DNA of 64,000 bases, taken from the NCBI RefSeq assembly GCF_006345805.1, contig NC_043001.1, positions 117,738,001 to 117,802,000 of the forward strand, given 5' to 3'. Source of the stretch: Octopus sinensis. Taxonomy: Eukaryota. The notes below the pieces were generated by a model. That model was not told the DNA's origin and searched no databases. It was given only the letters and a program-made list of their open reading frames with translations. Shown here in pieces: positions 54,277 through 64,000 of this stretch. Each line of letters begins with the position of its first letter. Within the stretch, counting starts at the first letter, position 1. Position numbers and translations under genes: made by a program.

Positions 54277-55010
54277 CTATATGTTCGTATTTCGTGTTAT
54301 AAGTGATGAGGGTATTACTGTGAGATTCTCCTCTGGAATGGGTCTACTATTCTTTTGGCGATGCATGTTGCTGCTGTGACTGTTATTGCTGGAATTGTTG
54401 ATGTAGGTTTTGTTGTAGTTCTTGTTGCTGCTATTTTGTTTTTGTTGCCTCTCTTGCAGGTTTTGTTGTAGTTGATGTTGACGTTGTTTGAGATGTGGTG
54501 GTAGCTGGAGCACATGTCTTCTTTCCGCTTCTCTTTGCTGTTGTGAACGGACGACCTTCAAACTGTTCGCGCTACCACATAAGTAGCATCTCGGTCTTCT
54601 CCCTCCCACTGTAATATTTAGCACTTGTCCGGTGTAGAGTTCTATATAATCAGGAATTTTGTTCAGATTTTCTGGTTTGACTTGGATGATAACTACCAAC
54701 CCAATACCGAATAAATTTTTCTGTCGATGCTTCTTAATTTCTAGAAGGAAATCAGATCCCTCTAGAAGTATCATATGTCCAATTCTAGCGGCATGTACGA
54801 AATGCCAATCTTTAAACGCGCCGACCTAAGTACGTCAGAATGAAAACAAAATCTCACTGAAGCACACACACAAAGTAGAATGGCTTCGTGTGGGTGCTTT
54901 TCTATTTGGGCATGAATAGCTTTTTTTACTCGTCGGTTCATAACCAAGACATGATGATAAATCACCGTTCTCTTGACTGTTTGTTCCAGAAGGTCGCGAG
55001 GTTCCAACAA
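54277..55010 (-). pseudogene. Second ORF1/gag-like zinc-knuckle relic, homologous to 48212-49141
   Basis: EPRDLLEQTVKRTVIY vs TPPENLTASVTNRTVVY; GIGLVVIIQVKPENLNKIPDYIEL...LNITVGGRRPRCYLCGS vs GYGLEVAIQVSLQDLHRIAEVIL...LRVVLAGRPSTCYQCG. Frameshifted, with a degenerate knuckle. Confidence 0.65.
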
Positions 55011-56040
55011 AGATGCTTTTGTTTATTCAAAGTCGACTTGTTGCAAATGGCTTCGGCGTTGGTGGTGTTGCGGATTTCCAAAGGCTTAGTAAATGTAGTA
55101 GTGGCAGCATTGGTACATTGGTAGTAGTGGTGAAAGAGACGGTGAAGTTACCACCCGTTGCTGTAATGGTTGAAGTACGGTGCTGCTATTGTTAACGTAC
55201 TTTTTCTTCCCTCGGAAATAACAAGTTTTGGAAATTCAAATAAGACAATATATTTATAGGAAAATCTGCTGGCAATATGAGAAAAGAATCGACTAAAATT
55301 GGTATGAGATTGGTCATATCGCATTCTCTGGAATTTTACCATTCATACCGATAGAACTACCAAGGCAAATCGCCTAGATACAACAGTAAAAAAACCGTAT
55401 GGATAAAACTTGTCTCCTATGTCATACAGTTGTCTCCATGGACAACAATATCGCAGCCAAAGAACTCATTATAATTACAAAAGTACAAAGGCTTAGTTAT
55501 CGAGATTGCCAAAGTGTGAAAGATGAAAACCACTATGATACTATCATAGCGCACTCAGGGTAATAAAGAAGAGAACAGAAAAATTCGTCGATATACCAAG
55601 AAAACAATGCTTTAAAGAAATCCAGAAAATAATCCTAATGGGCAATGGGTAATTTTAAGGAAGAGCCCTAGTCCCTTAAATTTCATAGTTTTATAGCATT
55701 TTTATTGAGTACTCATGTGTACATCTGATTTTCAAAATTTATTCAGTCCTAGCGCTTTTCAACATCATAAATCAATCATCCAATGTTTTAAAAAACATCA
55801 TACCCGTTATCCACCTCAAGCGTTCAGGTGGCGCCCGTTGGATAGAGAACATATATCAAGGAATTTTTTTTTTAATATGGATGACGATGATGATCATGAT
55901 CATGATGGTGATGATGATCATCATCATGATTTTTATTTATTTATTTACCACTAGGGCGACGATAAAAAGACACCATAAAGTGTGGAGATATACGTAGAAT
56001 AGAATTACTTTAAAAATGTATCCATAGTATACAGCATTCC

Positions 56041-56367
56041 CCCCTTCGGTCATGAATGACCATGGGATTGCACCTAGAAAGTTACCCTCCTAGACACAAG
56101 TCCGGGCAAGGTTGTTTATGGAAGACCAGCAGTCGCCCATGCATACCAGTCTCCCCTCTCCACGCCACCAGTGTTATCCAAGGGAAAGACAGAGGTCGAT
56201 ACAGCTTGGCACCAGTGACGTCGCAACTCATTTCTACAGCTGAGTGAACTGGAGCAACGTGAAATAAAGTGCCTTGCTCAAGAACACAACACGCAGCCTG
56301 GTCCGGGATTCGAGCTCACAACCTCACGATCGTAAGCTCGACGCTCTAACCACTGAGCCATGCGCCT
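56041..56367 (-). mobile_element. SINE family C, full length, tRNA-derived head
   Basis: Reverse complement GGCGCATGGCTCAGTGGTTAGAGCGTCG...GAGCTCGAATCCCGG (A and B boxes), followed by TTGAGCAAGGCACTTTATTTCAC core-like segment and a unique tail. Confidence 0.8.
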
Positions 56368-56699
56368 TAAAGAGTAATTAATGCAAGTATCCATAGTAAA
56401 CAGCAATATTGGCTCTCCCCAATCTTCGTTGTCCAACTTACAGAATTATACTTTACATGGTGTCATCCACTCTTGCCATTTTCACCACTTTCATCCATTT
56501 TTCAGGAAATTAACTCGAAGACACCAGCTTACTCGTCACTTTCAAACTTCAAAAAGTTGGCGAGGGCTCTACCAAAGAAGGCTCTCTCATTCCATTCACA
56601 CGAGTGTTTTTGCTATAGTCATTAGACAAAGTACAAATGGTTGAGTCTATCAAAGTTTCTTACTTTTGAAATGCCAAAATAAAGCTGATCACATGAAAA

Positions 56700-56860
56700 G
56701 ACAAGCTATTTTCATAGTCGGTTTATCCAACAGATTCAGTTCAACAACTGTTAATATTTGTCCTTGAGATGTATCGATAGCCATAGCCAAGCTAAGTCTT
56801 ACAGGAAAGAGAAGCCTTTCAAATTTAAGTGTCAATTCATTTAAATTTGGAGGTAAAAAT
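56700..56860 (-). mobile_element. Helitron Pif1-like helicase C-terminal relic
   Basis: LTLKFERLLFPVRLSLAMAIDTSQGQILTVVELNL matches the F.R.QFPVRLAFAMTINKSQGQ.L..VGL.L motif of Helitron/Pif1 helicases. Confidence 0.75.
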
Positions 56861-57280
56861 TCGTGACTTTCAGGACATGGAATATCATATTTTAGACAGT
56901 GATTTTTATACCAATCCAAGGTTCTAGCGGACCTATCTAATGGTTTGTTTAATATTTGGCTGCTGTTTCTATATTGTCTTGCTACTTATGGTAATTGTCT
57001 TTGTGGACTCATACATTTAAATATACATAAGATAGCCGATAGGTTGACATAATATATAGCGGTTCTTACATTGGCCCATAGAAACACGTACATAAGGTAC
57101 TAAGGGGTGCAAAGGAGGTAATTTGGATTTTATTCTAGCAGATTGAACTAACCATGTCGGCTTATGCATACATATATACATACATAAGATTGGAGGAGAT
57201 TCGGATATCATTTCTAACAGATCAACATAAAATTTTAGGGCTCCTACGTTGGTCTACACACGGGTGAACGCGCGCACACG

Positions 57281-57317
<37 letters not shown>

Positions 57318-57354
57318 GCACGCACACATTCATCTTTTTAATACCAGGATATGT

Positions 57355-57600
57355 TCAGATACTGATTTGCTTGCTATTTCTAACAGGTCTAACTATTACG
57401 TAGATGACACCTTCCTTCTATTAGGTACAAATATGCAAACAGGTTTTTTTTCCCGTTATTTTTGGTTTGTTTTACATAAAGCAGTAGCATGTGGCTTCAG
57501 AAAGATTTGGCTGTTATTTCTACTAGGTCTAGCAATAATGTAGAATATGGTGTGATTTAATGCAGATTTAACTGCTATTTCTAGCAGGCTGAAATATCAT
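57355..57600. repeat. Cluster of a short dispersed repeat motif (GATTTGGCTGCTATTTCTAGCAGGTC-like)
   Basis: Three variants here (~57364, ~57504, ~57565). Related copies at ~2275, ~22845, ~22995, ~23675, ~29910 (inverse) and ~40205. Likely fragments of one old repeat family; class unknown. Confidence 0.55.
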
Positions 57601-57936
57601 GATAAAGTTTTGCTTTTTTTATTTAATTACTTTTTGTTTGTACTCGTCTCCTTTTATTGCATGTAGAAACGCTTTTGCTAACAGATGAGGCGTCGAAGTG
57701 CTGCTGGACACGTTATTGGAAGTGGAGGTCAGAAAATATATTTTGGATTTTTTCTTCCACGAGTAGGATACATGTTGTTCAAAAACTCGGAATTCAATGT
57801 TTACTTTAAAAAGCTGCCATAGGGGATAGCAATAAAAATATAAACCAATTCCATCATCTCTTCTGTTTGTCACTATCTAGGTCTTATTCTTCATGTGTTA
57901 GCAAACACATGAAGAATAAGACAGACAAAGACAGAC

Positions 57937-57967
<31 letters not shown>

Positions 57968-58533
57968 TAGACAGGTAGGGAGAAAGAAAAAAAGATAAAA
58001 GAGTGAAAATTTGTAGTTTAGGAATCGAAAGAAAAGAAAGTTCTTACTATTTTCATTTAGGCTCACTGCTTCCAGAGAATTCTGCTTTTAAAAATGTAGC
58101 CCACAACCTAAGCTGTTTTTCAAAGTTGTGAATTGAATTAGATTTGGCTGCTTTTCCTCTAAATGAATATTAAAGCTTTCTTGCGAGATGGGAAATAGTA
58201 AAATATATAGTTTCGTGGGATGCTAGTTTTGTATTTTCAAAATATAAGACGAGCATTCATGGAAACAATTCACACTCTCGCACACATATTCATGTATATT
58301 TACATAATTATTTATATACACACGTGTGCATGTATATATATATATATGATGCAGCACGGAATTTTGTCGCGGTCTCAAAGCGAAGAAAATATTTTGACAA
58401 ATTAAATTTAAATGTTGAAGTGGATCAAATGGATTTTGTGTGTTTCTTAAATGGCTTATAAACACCTTCCACGCTGCAATTGTTTTCGTTCCAGCACACG
58501 ATCTCAGATCAGGTCACTTGCTATGCAAGTACA

Positions 58534-58583
<50 letters not shown>

Positions 58584-58594
58584 ATGTATGTATA

Positions 58595-58654
<60 letters not shown>

Positions 58655-58657
<3 letters not shown>

Positions 58658-59050
58658 GCAGGAGTGGCTGTGTAGTACGTAGCTTGCTTACCAACCACAT
58701 GGTTCCGGGTTCAGTCCCACTGCGTGGCACCCTGGGCAAGTGTCTTCGACTATAGCCTCGGGCCGACCAAAAACCTTGTGAGTGGATTTGGTAGACGAAA
58801 ACTGAAGGAATCCCGTCGTATATATGTCTATGTATATATGTGTGTGTGTGTATGTTTGTCGTCCCCAACATCGCTTGACAACCGATGACGGTGTGTTTAC
58901 GTCCCCGTAACTTAGCGGTTCAGCAAAAGACACCGATAGAATAAGTACTAGGCTTACAAAGAATAAGTCCTGGGGTCGATTTGCTTGACTAAAGGCAGTG
59001 CTCCAGCATGGCCGCAGTCAAATGACTGAAACAAGTAAAAGAGTAAAAGA
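58655..59050 (+). mobile_element. SINE family A, full length
   Basis: GGTGCAGGAGTGGCTGTGTAG...GGTTCAGTCCC...CCTGGGCAAGTGTCTT...CTCCAGCATGGCCGCAGTCAAATGACTGAAACAAGTAAAAGAGTAAAAGA, inserted in (TA)n. Confidence 0.9.
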
Positions 59051-59060
59051 ATATATATAC

Positions 59061-59094
<34 letters not shown>

Positions 59095-59097
59095 TAC

Positions 59098-59137
<40 letters not shown>

Positions 59138-60002
59138 ATACGTTTGTGTATATGTCCACACACAGAGACACACACTCACACACATAATTCTTCTGAATTT
59201 AAGGTTTAAACTGAATTTTTTGTTTTGTTTTGCTCTTTCATACAGGTTGTTTCAAATGCGAAGGCGAACTAACTTTCGCTTGCATACAAAAGGCTCCCTA
59301 CCATTACAACTCGAAGTTTCTCAACTTACTAAAAATACCTGTTAAATTTCCCTCAAACCACACCTGACCATCTTGGTTCAACTGAGATCAAACAACTAAA
59401 GTATCATTAAAATTACATCACAGATAGGCACATATTTTATTTTTATTGAGCGGAGGCTTTTAATTTTGTTTTGTTTTTAAATATTTATTTAATATATTTG
59501 ATGAACCCCATGGAGAATAAATGCTAAAATCGATATCATCGGTGTAAGATACTAAATCATAATAATGATATAAAAGTCCTGTGACTTTGATACAAAAATG
59601 TTGCAGAATGTTTGTATATCTGACACGTGGCTGATCGCAAAGTAGGATAATGTGAATGCTCACCACTTACGAGATACTGGGAGAAGCACAAAATGAATTG
59701 TGATTTTGTTATAATACTTTACGAAAAAGTATGGCTGCTCCATCACGCAGGTGACTGCATAAGACTGTGCCAGCGTGTGTATGCGTGTATGCGTGTATGT
59801 GTATGTGTATGTCTGTATTGCGCGCGCGAGCAAATGTCCACGTGCGTATACAATTAGTCGCGCAAAGAAAACGGGTAAATTGTTCCACATATGCTAACAC
59901 AAACGCATCCATATCTATACAAGAATCCATATACATATACTTTATGCAGACATGTGTGTCTGTGTACGCGCGCGCGCGTGCGTATACATATACTCATATA
60001 TA

Positions 60003-60034
<32 letters not shown>

Positions 60035-60037
60035 GAG

Positions 60038-60166
<129 letters not shown>

Positions 60167-61360
60167 TATATATATATATATAGATATATATATATATAAA
60201 CGTATGTGTGTATATATATGTATTAATGGGGGGAGGTCGGTTTATGGGATTACCCTGGGTTTCCCGTCCATATACATACACATGCATAGATATATGTGCA
60301 TATGCATATACATATATGTGTGTGTGTGTGCGATTGTGTATGTATATATATATATATAACACATATATATATATACATACATACATAAATACATACATAT
60401 ATATATGTGTGTGTGTGTGTGCGATTGTGTATATACATATATATATATATATATATACATACATACATAAATACATACATACATACATATATATATGTGT
60501 GTGTGTTTGTGTGTGTGTATGTATGTATACACGCGTGCCGCGTGCACACACACACACATACACAACAAAGAGACAGAGGGAGATGCACATATGCATAATA
60601 AACTGATGCATACTCACAAACACACACATATACATATAGATAGGCATACAACGCAGAGTATGCAAAAAGGATATGTGTGAATGTGTGCATGCGTGCGTGC
60701 GTATGTGAGCGTGTATATATGTGTGTGTGCGAGCGCGCGTGTTTGTGTGTGTGTGTGTGTGTGGTGTGTGTGTGTGTGTGTAAATACTTGTACATATACA
60801 TCCATGCATGCATATGTGATCATGTATGTATGTGTGTACGCGCGCGTATATATAAACTGTGTTTTCATATCACGCCCGGGAATTATACAAGGCTTCAAAT
60901 CTCGTGTAGAAGGAGGGACAAGGGTGGGGGGTGGGGGAAAACAAACAAAAAGTATATAATAAAGAAATAAAACATTTTGACAGATGACGACCCGATTTCA
61001 ATGGACGTCTTTCACGGTGTTGGACTCCCTGTCTCATTGTATGAATGAGCGGCTGAGGCGTCTCAGTTTTTACACTTATTCTTGCAGCCCCTCCTGCCTG
61101 CCCCCCCCGTCCACATCTTCCCCCCTCCGCTTGGCGTCCTGCCTTGTTACCTCTATTCAACAGGAGCCTTTTCTTTACCCCCTTCCATACTTCTCTCTTC
61201 TTTCTTCCTCCCACCACCACCCCATCCTTTCTTCCACTCTCTCTGTCGCGTTCTCCTCATCTCTTTTTCTTAGACAAGAGCCGAGTGTTTGTTGTCCAAC
61301 GTAGACCATTGGTTTCACCTGGTCTGGTCAAAGAGCTTAAGTGTATACATATGTGTGTGC

Positions 61361-61398
<38 letters not shown>

Positions 61399-61456
61399 AT
61401 GCACACGAACGCAAACAAATTATACACACACACATAATCACACATATATTATGTAT

Positions 61457-61610
<154 letters not shown>

Positions 61611-62051
61611 TGGGAGGTAGGTAGGTAGACATACACACAAACCATATACAAATGCACACATACATAGAAACATACATACATACATAAACATATAGTCTAC
61701 ATTCACACGCGTTACATGTATTTGTATATGCATGTATGTATGTATGTATGTATGTATGTATGTATGCATGGATGGATGGATGGATGATGGATGGATGGAT
61801 GGATGGATGCGGGCGGGCGTGTGCGAGTATGCTTAATTGTGGATGGGTGTATGTATGTTTGTGTTGATAGACGAGTTTATATTCAACTGTTGTGCTTTCA
61901 TTGTGTCCAAAGAAAGGCTAGGAGGTCCTCTAACTGAAAGGACATCGCAGCATGTCATATTACACCTCGGCTAAAGACAGGTGTGTGTTGCGAGATGTGC
62001 TACTTCTTTTTCTTCTTCTTCTTCTTCTTCTTCTTCTTCTTCTTCTTTTTC

Positions 62052-62083
<32 letters not shown>

Positions 62084-62587
62084 CTTCTTCTCTTCTTCTT
62101 CTTCTTCTTCTACTTTCCCTCTTCTTTATCCTTTCTTATTATTCATCATCAACGTCCTTACGTTTACCACCAAAACGTGAAGAGACAAATGCTGGGTACC
62201 CACAGACGATATTGGCTGCCGCGGCTGCTGATATTACCGCAGCGGCAAACGAGCAGGTGAGAGAATAGTGTTGAAAAAAATAAATAAATAATGAAATAAA
62301 TCATTAAAAAATCAAAATAAAAGTATAACAACAAATACAATTCTAAATTAATCCCTATGGAAAAAAAAGCTAGGATATTAAATAGCTTTAGTCGTTCTTA
62401 CCGACTGCCGTTCGGGAAGAGATGAATTGCTTTTATAAAATATATTTCTCGAAGAAAAAAAGAAAGAAGCAAGAAACAAAAAGAAAAGAAAGAAAAATGG
62501 AAACATCCCACTTAGTTTTAAACTATTGTTGCTGAAGTGGCACGCTCAAATACTCCGTACATATATATATATACATACATATATATA

Positions 62588-62640
<53 letters not shown>

Positions 62641-63619
62641 GATTTTTTTTCTATATATTTTCATATATTTATTTATATCATTAAAGGGGAATATGGCTAA
62701 ACAAAGTTAAAAGGAAAATAGAAATAACTGCTATATATTTATGTTTGAGGCCTAATGAAATAATGATTTTATACATCGAATGACAAAAGGTTACACCTTT
62801 TTAGAAAACTCTAGTCTACTGAATCATCTTCAATACACGACTGGTGTTTTATCGACCAATTAAGTTTAAAACCAGCCGTGGCTCATGGATCTTTAGCAGA
62901 ATCAGGTCCACATCTGGTCAAGGAAAACTTTCTCCCTTTCACCCACTGTTCTCAGTAACCCTAAAAAGAGTCATTGGACGCTGTATTTTCTTCAGTGAGG
63001 CAGTGGCAAAAGAAAAGAAAAGCGTAAAAAACAAAAGTTTCATGGAAAGGGAAGTAGTAATGAAAAATATCGGCCCTTAATACTGAACGAGATTTAATCT
63101 AGCTCTCTACCGTTTTTCCTTACCGCACTGCTAAGACTAAATGAAATAAAATGATTCCCAGTATGTTATTAGGTAGCCCCAGGTCAGTCCTGATTGAACA
63201 ATCCTCTAACATTCAAGTAATCGTTCGAACACCGAGGCGCACTCCATATACCCATATTCCCAGTTTTTGTACGTCTCCGTCTTGCTAAGAATCATAGAAC
63301 ACACCGACAAGCAGTGATGAATAGGGCGGGATGCAGTGCGCAGTTTCCACATGCTGCACTTTTCCGCTCTCCAATTTACTTCTGTTTTGTTGGTATACGA
63401 AATGTTTTTGGTGCAATGACCAAAAAATGGGAAAGCTGCCTTGATGTTTTCTTTTACAAAATAGCAGTATTACTTGTCTGTCAATTACGGGTACCCTTCT
63501 ACCCGTTTGTCATATAGTGTTACGAGTTCGTCATCCTTTAGAGATTAGAGACAGCAGCAATAGAGACACGAAATTATCATACAAGAGAAATGTATTAGTG
63601 AAGTAAATAAATGTTTCAA

Positions 63620-63812
63620 ATGTTGGCACAGGGCCAGCAGGTTTTTGAGAGGAGGGGAAATCAATTACATCGATTCCAGCATTTGACTGATACTTATTTT
63701 ATCGACTCAGAAAAGATGAAAGGCAAAGTTGACTTCGGCGGAATTTGAACTCAGAACTTATGCCGCCACGCCTTTTGACTGATGTGCTAACGGTTCTGCC
63801 AAGCTCACTTCC
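63620..63812 (-). mobile_element. SINE family B copy
   Basis: GATGAAAGGCAAAGTTGACTTCGGCGGAATTTGAACTCAGAAC...GCTAACGGTTCTGCCA matches the other copies. Confidence 0.75.
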
Positions 63813-64000
63813 TTATTAGTAAAGATAATAAATAATAAGGCGCCAAAGAGTCGATTTCAGAGCCAAGGGTTTGAATTCTGCCACCAGCAAAAGTTCTATG
63901 AATGAAAAGGACAATATCCCCGTAACTCTAAGTACGATAAGGGCGATAAGACGTATTAGTTCGGCATTGAGTAACAAGTGAATGAAATCGTCGAGTATTT

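Noticed and set aside
62216-62245. Similarity to the universal SSU rRNA segment (TATTACCGCGGCTGCTG)
   Set aside because: Only two short pieces in permuted order, with no flanking rRNA homology.

Overview
AT-rich, microsatellite-saturated animal genomic DNA. The SINE families and repeat make-up look like an Octopus (coleoid cephalopod) genome; this is inferred, not searched. The only host gene signal is the first coding exon of a SNAG-domain Snail-superfamily repressor, most like Scratch (minus strand, 31534-31696, MPRSFLVKK...NNG|gtaagt). It has a candidate TATA/Inr core promoter at about 32790-32820, and no zinc-finger exon is visible in the 31.5 kb downstream. The rest is transposon debris: a Chapaev-like DNA transposon relic, a clean non-autonomous Helitron, R4/Dong-type RLE LINEs at (TAA)n arrays, a Penelope-like element split by a 4.3-kb insert, three SINE families and a tRNA-Glu-headed chimera. 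Most worth following up: (i) the 4.3-kb insert, which joins a LINE-ORF1-like zinc-knuckle gene to a Gypsy pol with one LTR, with two more relatives of that ORF elsewhere in the window; (ii) a ~520-bp non-coding element present three times, always at (TAA)n arrays beside Dong-like LINEs; (iii) an ~80-nt pre-miRNA-like hairpin upstream of the Scratch-like gene. Almost all entries in the supplied ORF track are microsatellite translations.
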